The position numbers and the translations under genes were made by a program. A stretch of DNA of 64,000 nt from an uncultured Gemmatimonadaceae bacterium (GTDB lineage: Bacteria; Gemmatimonadota; Gemmatimonadetes; Gemmatimonadales; Gemmatimonadaceae). Below, piece after piece: positions 1 through 9,154 of the stretch (within the stretch, counting starts at the first letter, position 1; each line of letters starts with the position of its first letter). The notes under the pieces were generated by a model. It was not told the origin of the DNA, did no database searches, and saw nothing but the letters and a program-made list of their open reading frames with translations. The DNA lies in contig CAVUDW010000003.1 in the NCBI GenBank assembly GCA_963740355.1, positions 736,001 to 800,000 on the forward strand, written 5' to 3'.

Positions 1-358
1 CGGCAATCAATGGGACTTGCTCAGTCGCGTCGCGCAACAACCAATCGAATGAGTGGCACTGCGGCCCAGGACCCTGCTTCTTGTGTCCGTGAACTCCCAA
101 GTCGCGGTCCGCGCGCAGTCGTCCTTGCTGAGACTGGAAACGCTCGCTGCTGCATGGAGTGGGTCTCGGGCGGCCTCGCCCATTCGGCTGACAACATGGC
201 AAGCCGCGCTGACGCGAAGCGGCTAGAAGTCGCATGTTGCTCCCTACCCCGCTTGCGCGCGACACGACGGCGGCGCTAACCTCAGGAGGCGTGGAGGCGA
301 CCCATCGCATCGTAGCACCACGCCATAGCCAGCCATCCCTCGCGCCTCGGGAGTGACC

Positions 359-892
359 ATGCTGCGTCGATGCATCCTCGCGCTCTGCCTCGCCGCATCG
401 CCGGCAGTTGCGCAAACGGCCGAACGTGACCTGCCAAACGGAAAGGAATTGGTCGTCGTCTACATCGGCGCGACCAGCTGCGGGCCATGTCTCCTCCCCG
501 CGACGAAGGCGGCAGTGGCGCGCATGAAGACACTGCTCGCCAGCTTCGCGACGAAGAACGGCTATGCATTCTCTGCAGTCGGTGTTTCCACGGATTGGGT
601 GACCGCAGATGGGATCAAATTCCTCAATGACAATGCGCCGTTTGACCAGCTCGTGATCGGCGGCAACTGGACCAACCTCGCGGTCGAGCACTACATCTGG
701 CGCGATTCGTCAGCGAATCCGGCAATGCCGCAAGTCGTGGTGCTCGAGCGCTCGGTCACGCTCGGCGATCGCATAGCGATTTCCCCTGCGCGTGTGCTAC
801 GTCGTGTGTTCGGAAGCGATGAAATTCCAAAGTGGGTCGAGGCGGGCGCGCCGGTGGCACTCGCTGCCGCTCCGGCACCAGCGCGGCGCTAG
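359..892 (+). CDS. Secreted thioredoxin-like (CxxC) protein
   Basis: Signal peptide (AxA-Q), VVYIGATSCGPC redox-type motif; ATG at 359 preferred over GTG at 353. Confidence 0.6.
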   Translation: MLRRCILALCLAASPAVAQTAERDLPNGKELVVVYIGATSCGPCLLPATKAAVARMKTLLASFATKNGYAFSAVGVSTDWVTADGIKFLNDNAPFDQLVIGGNWTNLAVEHYIWRDSSANPAMPQVVVLERSVTLGDRIAISPARVLRRVFGSDEIPKWVEAGAPVALAAAPAPARR

Positions 893-897
893 CAATC

Positions 898-1416
898 ATG
901 TCAGTACTTCGACGCCTGCGAGGCCTGGTCGGCACCGCGCTCACGTGGGGAGGTATCGGCGTCATCGCTGGTGTGGTCGCCTTTGTGGCGGTCTACCGCC
1001 CGTGGCCGCTGCCGGCGGAATACTTGCCGCGCGCGCTGCAGCTATTCGCGAAGTGGGAACTCGCTTCCTTCGTTTGGGGGGTCGCCAGCGGCCTGTCATT
1101 CGGACTGGTCGTCCTGGCTCTCGAACGCACAAGCCGGTGGCCGCAGCTGAGCAGGGCGCGCATCACCGCGTGGGGCGCGCTCGCCGGCGGACTGTTTCCA
1201 GCGCTGCTCAGTATCCGCCCACTGCTCGTCGGCGCGAGCACGACCTACTTCGGCCTCATCATCGGCGCCAGCGCCCTGGCCGGAGCAGCGTGGGCGCGCG
1301 CGTCGTTCGCACTGGCACGCCGCGTCCCCGACGAAACGCCGCAGTTGGTACTGCCGCGAGAATCAGCGGAACCGCTGTCGAGCCGAGCCTCGGCAACCCA
1401 CAATCGAGCTTCGTAG
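898..1416 (+). CDS. Hypothetical membrane protein (~4 TM)
   Basis: ATG 5 nt after previous stop; alternating hydrophobic helices. Confidence 0.7.
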   Translation: MSVLRRLRGLVGTALTWGGIGVIAGVVAFVAVYRPWPLPAEYLPRALQLFAKWELASFVWGVASGLSFGLVVLALERTSRWPQLSRARITAWGALAGGLFPALLSIRPLLVGASTTYFGLIIGASALAGAAWARASFALARRVPDETPQLVLPRESAEPLSSRASATHNRAS

Positions 1417-1502
1417 CAACGCGCAGCAGTGTGGCGCAGTCTGTGACCACATCGCAACCGGGCAGGTATTTCGTTCGACTCGATATGGTGAGAGATTTTC
1501 GA

Positions 1503-2015
1503 ATGCGACCATCCGTCCGATTGTTACCGTTGTGCCCCCTTTTCAGCTGCATCGTCGGCGCTGGCTGCACGCGTAGCACGGAACCCGCCGACTCGGTTCC
1601 GAGCGTTCTGGTCGGCACATGGATCGGTGACACGATCCGGTTGACGCCGAGAGGTACAACCGCACTCACGCTGCGGATTGAGGCGTCGGGTCGGTTTGCC
1701 TGGAGCGTGCGAACGGCTGGTCTGTTCGCCAATCAAGCACCGGACGAGCTAACCGGAGGCACACGTGAAGTGGGGCAGCTCACCATCGTTGGTCAACGCG
1801 CCCGCTTCCGTTCAGACTCGCTCTACATTGCAAATTCTGTCGACAAGGTCGAGTCGGCGCGCCGCATCACGTCGGCGAACGATGGCTTCGGGAGTGCAAC
1901 ACTATTCGACCAAGCCGAGTATGTCGTTGCCGGCGACAGTCTCCACTTGAGCTATTTCTCATATCCGGCGGACGCGCCAGTACGCACATCGCTTCGGCTC
2001 ATCAGAAGTCGGTAG
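1503..2015 (+). CDS. Hypothetical lipoprotein
   Basis: Signal with GAG-C lipobox-like motif; beta-rich mature part; 5' extension of the tracked ORF (792) overlaps the previous gene. Confidence 0.6.
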   Translation: MRPSVRLLPLCPLFSCIVGAGCTRSTEPADSVPSVLVGTWIGDTIRLTPRGTTALTLRIEASGRFAWSVRTAGLFANQAPDELTGGTREVGQLTIVGQRARFRSDSLYIANSVDKVESARRITSANDGFGSATLFDQAEYVVAGDSLHLSYFSYPADAPVRTSLRLIRSR

Positions 2016-2019
2016 GCCC

Positions 2020-2427
2020 ATGTCTTCGGCGTGGGCAGTGGTCTTCGTGGCTGCGATCGCGGGAGCGTGTGTCACGCCGACGGAGGCGTGCGGCTGTGTC
2101 GCTCTGCCGAGCGTGTTACGTGTTCTCGGCACGGTGAGGGACGTACAGGGCGCTCCTGTCGCCGCGGCGCGTGTTTCGATACTCAATCGGCCAGTTGGCT
2201 TCCCTTCGGCACCTTTCTCTACGGTCGGGCGCTTGGCATTTGAGACGGATTCGCGTGGCAGCGTCGCCGGTGAGACTACGAGCCCGACACCCGGTAAATA
2301 TGAGATCCGAGTGACGGTCGTGCGTCGCGGTGCAGCGGACACCGTCGTGCGCGTTCCTGGCGTTGCCGAATTACGGCCGCCGGCTGGTCGAGTCGACACG
2401 CTCCGCATCGCGATTACCTTGCCGTAG
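2020..2427 (+). CDS. Lipoprotein with carboxypeptidase-regulatory-like (prealbumin-like) domain
   Basis: AGA-C lipobox; GTVRDVQGAPVAAARV...TDSRG motif. Confidence 0.65.
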   Translation: MSSAWAVVFVAAIAGACVTPTEACGCVALPSVLRVLGTVRDVQGAPVAAARVSILNRPVGFPSAPFSTVGRLAFETDSRGSVAGETTSPTPGKYEIRVTVVRRGAADTVVRVPGVAELRPPAGRVDTLRIAITLP

Positions 2428-2439
2428 GCGACATCGCAG

Positions 2440-2826
2440 GTGAACGTTCACGGCGCGAGGCGCTACAGCGTGGGAACGAAGACTCAGTCGCGGGCCATAA
2501 CCATATCCCAGTACGTCTTGCTCGGCACTGTCGTCGGTGCCTCCTTCGTGCTGCCGTTCGACTCGGCGCTGCGAAGTTGGATCACTCTTGTTGGCTTCAC
2601 GCTGCTTGGCTTCATGTTCGTCAGCGGAACCGTCAGCATGCAACGTCGCTCAGCGCTCGCTTTCGGTGCGTACATGTTGACGTGCGCGGCACAGTTCTCC
2701 GTTCCGCACCTGTGGCGCACGCGGCCGGATTGGTGGGATGCCAGAATGCTGCATGTCACGTTCGCGGTCGTTTGCTGGCTCATCGTCGCAGTATTGCTCG
2801 ACCGACGGTCGTCTTCGGAAGCGTAA
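2440..2826 (+). CDS. Hypothetical membrane protein
   Basis: Four hydrophobic segments; tightly follows previous gene; start uncertain. Confidence 0.55.
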   Translation: MNVHGARRYSVGTKTQSRAITISQYVLLGTVVGASFVLPFDSALRSWITLVGFTLLGFMFVSGTVSMQRRSALAFGAYMLTCAAQFSVPHLWRTRPDWWDARMLHVTFAVVCWLIVAVLLDRRSSSEA

Positions 2827-3000
2827 GACACTTGTGATGCGCTTGTCGCACCGGTCGGCCGCATCGCTTCGGCCCTTCTCGTCGCGGGCCGTCACACTTT
2901 CGATAGGTGCGACCACGCATTCCTTCGGAGCCGCTCCCCGAAGGTCCCCGGCAACGAATCGCGCTCGCCCTTGCCGTGATCGACCGACGACGCAGACACG

Positions 3001-3366
3001 CTACCCAACGCGCAGAATCTTTTCCATTTTCCGCCCCTTCGCCAACTCGTCGACCAACTTGTCCAGATAGCGCACCTGCTGCGTCAATGGGTTCGTCAGC
3101 TCCTCAACCCGATAGCCGCAGATGAGCCCCGTGATCAGATGCGCGTTGGGATGGAGAGTCGCTCCCTGAAAGAATTTTTCGAAGGTCACTCGCTCGCCGA
3201 GGAAGGACTGCAGCGTCGTCTCGTCGTATCCAGTCAGCCAGCGGATGACCTGATGCAACTCGTCACGAGTCCGTCCTTTCTTCTCGACCTTGGCCAGATA
3301 GTGCGGATAGACCGACGAGAACGTCATGCTCGCAATCCGCGAGTCGTGGGTGGCTGCGTTGCTCAT
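3001..3366 (-). CDS. DUF2200 family protein
   Basis: MTFSSVYPHYLAKVEKKGRT...ITGLICGYRVEE...RYLDKLVDELAKG signature. Confidence 0.9.
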   Translation of the reverse strand: MSNAATHDSRIASMTFSSVYPHYLAKVEKKGRTRDELHQVIRWLTGYDETTLQSFLGERVTFEKFFQGATLHPNAHLITGLICGYRVEELTNPLTQQVRYLDKLVDELAKGRKMEKILRVG

Positions 3367-3614
3367 GGTAGCGATGGAGGTGCCGATCTCGGCGTGGGTA
3401 AGGACGCTACGGCTTTGGGCGAGCCGGTTCCGGAGCACTCGAATTCGTAGTTCGTGAAACGGATGCACGCAACTGAGCAGCCTCGTTCGTGCGTTGCCGA
3501 AGTACGGGCGGCCTTGGTATCGTATCGAATGGAGTAGACATTGCAATTCGACGCGTCAGCGCCTAATCCGCCAAGGCGCATATCGCCACACGCACCCGGC
3601 ACCACGCACGAGTC

Positions 3615-4166
3615 ATGCGCCCATTCGCGATCGTTTCCGCCACCGTGATGCTTCTCTGCGCCTGCCAAGCGGCTGAACCGCTTCGGCAGCAAAGCGCGCG
3701 CGAGGAGCGCCTGATGGCACTCGATTCGCTCGCCCGAACGCACACCTGCGCGAAAGTGCGTGCAGCGCTGCTCTTTGACCAAGGGGTCTGGACCAGAAAG
3801 CAGGCCTGCGCACTCGCGGGTCGCGCACTTGAGATTCTCGGCAGTGCGCGAGCGCGCGAGCCGTACATGGCGCCCGGCGACACGGCGCGCGTGAGTACGA
3901 TGCGGGTGACTCGCCAGCACTGGTGTCAGCTCTTGGAAATGCCGGGCGGCCCCCCTGCAGGTCGCATGGACTCACTGCTGTACGTCGTCGATTTTGAGAT
4001 TCCTGATCGGCCACGCTACCTCGGCGTTTTCATGCGGGCGCGAGGATTCACCGGCAGCGCGACGTTCGATGCACATCCGCGTGGTGTCTGGGGAAGTCCG
4101 ACGCACTTGACGCAGCCGACCGAGGGACCGGACACAATTGAGGCGGGTGAGCCCTGCGGGATGTAG
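3615..4166 (+). CDS. Hypothetical lipoprotein
   Basis: LCA-C lipobox after hydrophobic N-terminus. Confidence 0.55.
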   Translation: MRPFAIVSATVMLLCACQAAEPLRQQSAREERLMALDSLARTHTCAKVRAALLFDQGVWTRKQACALAGRALEILGSARAREPYMAPGDTARVSTMRVTRQHWCQLLEMPGGPPAGRMDSLLYVVDFEIPDRPRYLGVFMRARGFTGSATFDAHPRGVWGSPTHLTQPTEGPDTIEAGEPCGM

Positions 4167-4388
4167 TGCGGCGGTTTCTTTTCCGCGACAGCGCGACCTG
4201 CGTCCGAGGTTGGAATTGCGCGAGGCGAACTAGCCATCTAGCCGGTACGGATATCTCCGGCGTGCAGACGTATTTAGTGGCGCCCCGTAGCCGTTCGACC
4301 GTCGACTCGCTCGCTTCCGTCGTGCTTGCCTTCACAGCTTCCGTGTGGGCAGCTGCTGTGCCGTTGCTCGCCTCTTCAAAGGATCCCT

Positions 4389-4859
4389 ATGTCAGGTCGA
4401 GATATCCCTAGCCTGTTCGGTTGGGCCGGTGGCATGCCGGCGCTCGAGGCACTCACGGCGCGATTCTACGAGCGCGTCAAGTCGCACGACGTCCTCGCCG
4501 AGGTCTTTCTGCACATGGATGCGCATCACCCGCACTTCGTCGCCCAGTTTCTGGCGGAAGTGCTCGGTGGCCCGGCCGAATATTCCGCGCATCGTGGCGG
4601 CCATCCGCACATGATTCGCCAGCATCTCGATCGCCACCTGACGGACGTGCAGCGCAAGGCGTGGATGCAGCTACTGCTCGATACCGCCGACGATGTCGGC
4701 CTGCCGTCCGACCCGGAATTCCGCTCCGCACTCGTCGGCTATGTCGAATGGGGATCGCGCCTGGCAGTCATCAATTCTCAACCCGGTGTGGCCGCCGAAG
4801 CTGATCTCCCCATGCCTCGCTGGGGTTGGGGCGTGCCCGGCGGACCATACCAGCCGTGA
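4389..4859 (+). CDS. Group II truncated hemoglobin
   Basis: LFGWAGG...FYERV...EVLGGP..YS...GGHPHMIRQH...W pattern typical of 2/2 globins. Confidence 0.88.
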   Translation: MSGRDIPSLFGWAGGMPALEALTARFYERVKSHDVLAEVFLHMDAHHPHFVAQFLAEVLGGPAEYSAHRGGHPHMIRQHLDRHLTDVQRKAWMQLLLDTADDVGLPSDPEFRSALVGYVEWGSRLAVINSQPGVAAEADLPMPRWGWGVPGGPYQP

Positions 4860-4947
4860 CTCGGGTGGCACTGCCTCGCGAACGGGATTCGCGGCGTTGA
4901 TTGCTTTTCCGCATGGATCGATAGACGGCCGCCTGATCGAGCCCTTG

Positions 4948-4994
4948 AAAAGCGACCGTGCGCGCCGCCAGTGCAGCGGCGCGCACGGTCGCTT
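4948..4994 (-). terminator. Intrinsic terminator / long hairpin between convergent genes
   Basis: Perfect 19-bp stem (4950-4968 / 4976-4994), 7-nt loop, short T run on minus strand. Confidence 0.7.
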
Positions 4995-5053
4995 CCTCAT
5001 CCACCGCAATCGTAATAGCAACCGCGTCACCATCGCCGTTCGCGATCTCTGAC

Positions 5054-5713
5054 CTACCCTGCGTAGCAGTAGGCGCAGCCCTTCTCATGCGCGTGTGCGA
5101 CTGCGAACACCCCTGAGGGCACAGGCTTCACGCCCGGCAGCAGATTCGCAAGAAACTCGGCCTTGGCTTGTTCTGCAGGCACATTGACCTGCGCGCCCGC
5201 CATGCCCGCGATGACGCCAAGCGCAACGCCACACGCGACGACGTACACGCCGCGTGCCTGCAACTTGTCGATGGCTGCGTCGGCGAACATCAGGTCGCCG
5301 GGCTGGTTCTTGTAGAAGATGTTTCGCTTTGCAGGCGCCTTCGATTGCGGATCGATGACATTCACCATCGATCCGATTGGGTACTTTGCCCAGATGCTGT
5401 CGTTGAGCGCCATCACGGCACTGAAGTGTCGCGCGCCGATCACAGCCGAGAAGTCCGACTCTTTTTCGCCGTAAGCAGCCGGCGCGCTGGCGAGCCAGTT
5501 CATCGCATACACGAGTGCCCATCCACCAGCGGCGCTGGTGGCGTCGAAGTACATCTTGTGCTTGCCGGACAACGGCCCAAGCCAGGGATCTGGCGATGTC
5601 GCGTCGATGGTTGACGTGCGTCTCGTCGCGCCGCCGGTGGCAAATGCGAGCGCGCCCGCGCCAGCCATCGTCAGGAATTCGCGTCGAGGTTCCAGCAATG
5701 AATCGGATGACAT
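5054..5713 (-). CDS. Tat-exported DsrE-like protein
   Basis: PRREFL twin-arginine signal; LQARGVYVVACGVAL and VPSGV motifs of DsrE-like fold. Confidence 0.7.
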   Translation of the reverse strand: MSSDSLLEPRREFLTMAGAGALAFATGGATRRTSTIDATSPDPWLGPLSGKHKMYFDATSAAGGWALVYAMNWLASAPAAYGEKESDFSAVIGARHFSAVMALNDSIWAKYPIGSMVNVIDPQSKAPAKRNIFYKNQPGDLMFADAAIDKLQARGVYVVACGVALGVIAGMAGAQVNVPAEQAKAEFLANLLPGVKPVPSGVFAVAHAHEKGCAYCYAG

Positions 5714-5929
5714 ACGACCTCCGCGTCACACGCAGTCAATACGTGCTCGACAGCAACCGGCGGCGCAATCGCGCCTGTCCGGGGGAAAACCGCGCCACCA
5801 CGATACAGGTCGGTCTCGCGGATGGCCATACCGTCCGTCGCTGTCGTTCGCCGGTCTCGCCAGATAACAGATTGGTATACCTGACCATCCCTGACTTGCT
5901 CGCGCTGGGCGCACCCTTCTTCATTCGGC

Positions 5930-7051
5930 ATGACCAACTTCTCACGTTTCGCCGTCATCGGCCTGACGGTCGCTGCCTCGATCGGACCGAGTCCTCTGGC
6001 GTCGCAGCAGCGCCCGCTCAAGACGAAACACGTCGTGCTCATCGTGAGCGACGGCGTTCGCTGGCAGGAACTCACCACCGGTGCAGAACGGGCGCTCATT
6101 TCCCGCGCACCCGGAGGGGTGTCGGACACGGCGTCGGTGCGAAAGGAATTCTGGCGCGAGTCGCCGGCGGAGCGACGCGCCGCGCTGTTCCCGTTCATCT
6201 GGGGCACGGTCGCTACGCAGGGACAGATCTACGGCAACCCGGCGTCCGGCAGTGCGGCGCACACGGTCAATCCGCTCAAGTTCTCGTATCCTGGCTACAG
6301 CGAGATGCTGACCGGGGTGTACGACCCGAGGATCACCAGCAATGAGCATCCGCCGAACGAAAACGTCACCGTATTCGAGTGGCTCGGACGCCGCGCGCCA
6401 GTGAACGGTCGTGTCGCCGCGATTGGTACGTGGGGTGCGTTTCGACGGATATTCAATCGCGAGCGTGCGGGTTTTCCCGTGTACGATGGCTGGGATGCGC
6501 CGTTCGCATCCGCCAAGGCACGCACGCCGCGACAGATCGCGATCGACGATTTCTATCGGACGTCGATTCGCTACTGGGAGGACAACGCCTTTGACGCGCC
6601 GATGTTCATGGCCGCGACAGAAATCCTGAAGCGCGATCGCCCGAAGCTCCTCTTCGTCGGCTTTGGAGAAACCGACGAATGGCAGCACGGCGGTCGCTAC
6701 GATCTGCTGCTCGAGAGCGCGCACAACGTCGACAAATACGTCGCGGAGCTTTGGCGTATCGTGCAGGCGGATCCTGTCATGCGCGGCACCACGACCTTCA
6801 TCATCACCACCGACCACGGGCGTGGCGATGGCGCGACTCGGTGGAAGGATCACGGGGAAGACGTGGACGGTGCCGAGAAGATCTGGATGGCAGTGATCGG
6901 TCCCGACACGCCGGCGCACGGCGATCGCGTGCGCACCACGGAGGTGACCCAGGCGCAGATCGCATCCACGATTGCGGCCTTGCTGGGCCAGAATTGGCTC
7001 TCGGCCAACCCCAAGGCAGCGCCGCCGATCGGCGAAATTCTCGGGCGCTGA
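5930..7051 (+). CDS. Alkaline phosphatase superfamily protein, secreted
   Basis: Signal peptide; VLIVSDGVRW, SYPGY, ETDEWQH and TTDHGRG metal-binding motifs. Confidence 0.88.
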   Translation: MTNFSRFAVIGLTVAASIGPSPLASQQRPLKTKHVVLIVSDGVRWQELTTGAERALISRAPGGVSDTASVRKEFWRESPAERRAALFPFIWGTVATQGQIYGNPASGSAAHTVNPLKFSYPGYSEMLTGVYDPRITSNEHPPNENVTVFEWLGRRAPVNGRVAAIGTWGAFRRIFNRERAGFPVYDGWDAPFASAKARTPRQIAIDDFYRTSIRYWEDNAFDAPMFMAATEILKRDRPKLLFVGFGETDEWQHGGRYDLLLESAHNVDKYVAELWRIVQADPVMRGTTTFIITTDHGRGDGATRWKDHGEDVDGAEKIWMAVIGPDTPAHGDRVRTTEVTQAQIASTIAALLGQNWLSANPKAAPPIGEILGR

Positions 7052-7076
7052 CGACCACCGGGAGATCTGACCACTA

Positions 7077-7428
7077 CGATCAAGATCTCTGACCCCTTGA
7101 TCGACCAAGATCTCCGACCCCTTGATCGGGAGCTAAGTCGTTGCCTTCCAAGCGGTTAGACTCGCAATTCGCCGATCAAGATCTCCGACCCCTTGATCGG
7201 GAGTTAAGTCGTTGCCTTCCAAACGGTTAGCCCCGTAATTCGCCGATCAAGATCTCTGACCCCTTGATCGACCAAGATCTCTGACCCCTTGATCGACCAA
7301 GATCTCCGACCCCTTGATCGGGAGCTAAGTCGTTGCTTTCCAAACGGTTAGCCCCGAAATTCGCCGATCAAGATCTCCTGATCGACCCCTTGATCGGCAC
7401 CAAAGCCGTTACAGCACAACGGCTTACG
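7077..7428. repeat. Composite intergenic array of two palindromic units (REP/BIME-like)
   Basis: Unit A CAAGATCTCYGACCCCTTGATCG at 7081, 7106, 7177, 7248, 7273, 7298 (degenerate at 7369); unit B YTAAGTCGTTG-N5-CAARCGGTTAG at 7133, 7204, 7325 (variant at 7401); periods 25 and 71 bp. Confidence 0.95.
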
Positions 7429-8115
7429 CTACATTTTCAGCCCCTGCCTTCCCGACGCCAGATCGGCCAGAACGCCGACGTGAACATCCAGCGCATCGAT
7501 CACCGCATACCCCGGGTTGTGCCCCTCGAACGCCAGGTTGAGATCCGTCCCGGCCAGCACGATCGCATCCGCCCCCTGCTCCTCCACCATCCGCCGGCCC
7601 GCGGCGAACATGACCTCGCGCTGCTCAGGCGTGCAGACCCCACTCACGGCGATGTCCTGATAGAGCTGGCCGAGCCGCTCGATGTCATCGTCGATGGCCA
7701 CGGCTGACGTCTTCACGAGTTGACCGTAAAGCCGCGTACGCATCACGACCCGCGTGCCAAGCAGGCCGACGCGAGCGATACCCGCGTTGGCGAAGAAGTC
7801 GTCCAATGGCTGCACGGCAGAGACGAGCGGCAAGGCGGCGATGCGCGCGGTTTCGTCGAAGCAGAAGTGCCCGCCGAGCGAGGTGATGGCCGCACACTCG
7901 GCGCCGGCAGCCTTGAGGCGATCGATCAACGCCGCATAGATCACGGCCTGCTCCTCGCGCTGGTCCGCGAGGTTGTGCTTGATGAGGGTGTGGATATCCG
8001 CCTGGACGATCGTCAACTCCAGTGGCGAATCGAGCTCGCGCATGCGCGCACAGAGCCGCTGGTAGTAGACCACCGTGGCAGCGGGACCGATTCCGCCGAT
8101 CAAGCCGATGTGCAT
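7429..8115 (-). CDS. Aspartate/glutamate racemase family protein
   Basis: MHIGLIGGIGPAAT start; VGLLGT; GADAIVLAGTDL (canonical catalytic Cys appear substituted). Confidence 0.88.
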   Translation of the reverse strand: MHIGLIGGIGPAATVVYYQRLCARMRELDSPLELTIVQADIHTLIKHNLADQREEQAVIYAALIDRLKAAGAECAAITSLGGHFCFDETARIAALPLVSAVQPLDDFFANAGIARVGLLGTRVVMRTRLYGQLVKTSAVAIDDDIERLGQLYQDIAVSGVCTPEQREVMFAAGRRMVEEQGADAIVLAGTDLNLAFEGHNPGYAVIDALDVHVGVLADLASGRQGLKM

Positions 8116-8342
8116 CGTGTTGCTCCACCGCGCTGGGTGTGGGCACGGTTTTGACGTGGTGACTGGGCGGGAGACTCGAGAAAGAATTGCCCACCTGTGA
8201 TACATCGCGGAGGTGCGGCAGACAACGGCGCCGGCTGTTGACACCAGCTTCTCAGCGCAGCACACTGCTCGGGTCCGGTGGCGGCCGGGCCACCTTTTCA
8301 ACGGAATGTGCAGGTCTTCAGCGGTTCTCTCCGGGCCTCGAC

Positions 8343-9053
8343 ATGAGCGAGCAGGACGACTTTCACGCTGGTCTCCGCGCCGGACAGACCGGCAGTGTCT
8401 TCGGCCCACAGAGTGAGGCAGGCCGCGCGGGCTTCAACGCCGGTGTCGGCCTCGCACGGCAACAGCCGGGCGCCGGAAGTCCCGAATGGTTGATCGCGCC
8501 GGTCGTCCTCTCCCCTTTCGTCGCGATCTTCTACCCCGTCGCCACCGCAGCCGCACTGGCCGTCGGCCTCACGGTCGAGCGCGTGGTGAATGCGATTGGA
8601 CTCGGCGGTAACTCACTCGTCAGATGGGCGTTCGTGATCGGAGCGATCGTGGCGGTGTTCTGGCCGCTCTGTCGACGCGATCAGGTCTGGGGCCTCAATC
8701 GCACCTACTACCTGATCCGACATGGCGTGCGGCTGCTGATCATCGCGCTGCTGCTCAACGGTGCGGCGCAGAACGGCGCGGCGAGCGCCAACAACCTGCC
8801 TATCATGCCGGCCATGACGGCGATGTTCAAGACGCCGATCCAGTGGTTGCCGGTACTGCTGGGCGTTGGCGCGATGCAGCTCTTCTTCATGCGCGCATAT
8901 CAGTGGCGCATCTACTGGAATATTCGCCTGAAGATGTGGCATCTCCGGCCGAAGGGATTCGAGCCCTTTTACTTCACGTGGCGAAAGGCGAAACCCGACG
9001 CGGTGACCACGCAAGCACCGATCGAGTTGCCGCGCCAGCGCTTCACGGAGTAG
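8343..9053 (+). CDS. Hypothetical membrane protein
   Basis: Several TM helices; GC3-biased codons from ATG 8343. Confidence 0.7.
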   Translation: MSEQDDFHAGLRAGQTGSVFGPQSEAGRAGFNAGVGLARQQPGAGSPEWLIAPVVLSPFVAIFYPVATAAALAVGLTVERVVNAIGLGGNSLVRWAFVIGAIVAVFWPLCRRDQVWGLNRTYYLIRHGVRLLIIALLLNGAAQNGAASANNLPIMPAMTAMFKTPIQWLPVLLGVGAMQLFFMRAYQWRIYWNIRLKMWHLRPKGFEPFYFTWRKAKPDAVTTQAPIELPRQRFTE

Positions 9054-9154
9054 TTCGTACGCCGCATCGGCGCCCGCCTGCGCCGCACGCGGTCACGAGC
9101 GTGCGCGTGATTCCCACACTTCGGCATCTCATGTCCTCCGGCCTACGACGCACC

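Noticed and set aside
10..279. 89-aa ORF at window start
   Set aside because: No recognisable motif, Arg/Ser/Cys-rich composition typical of spurious GC-rich ORFs
792..1502. 5' extension of the 407-aa ORF
   Set aside because: Overlaps the better-supported 898-1416 gene in another frame; the real gene likely starts at 1503
5942..7108. 388-aa antisense ORF
   Set aside because: Shadow of the alkaline phosphatase gene caused by GC3 codon bias
7133..7161. attC site (GTTAGAC core) in the repeat array
   Set aside because: No matching RYYYAAC inverse core or attC stem; the other copies read GTTAGCC
7077..7428. CRISPR array
   Set aside because: Intervening sequences are near-identical or only 2 bp long, spacing is irregular, and there are no cas genes in the window
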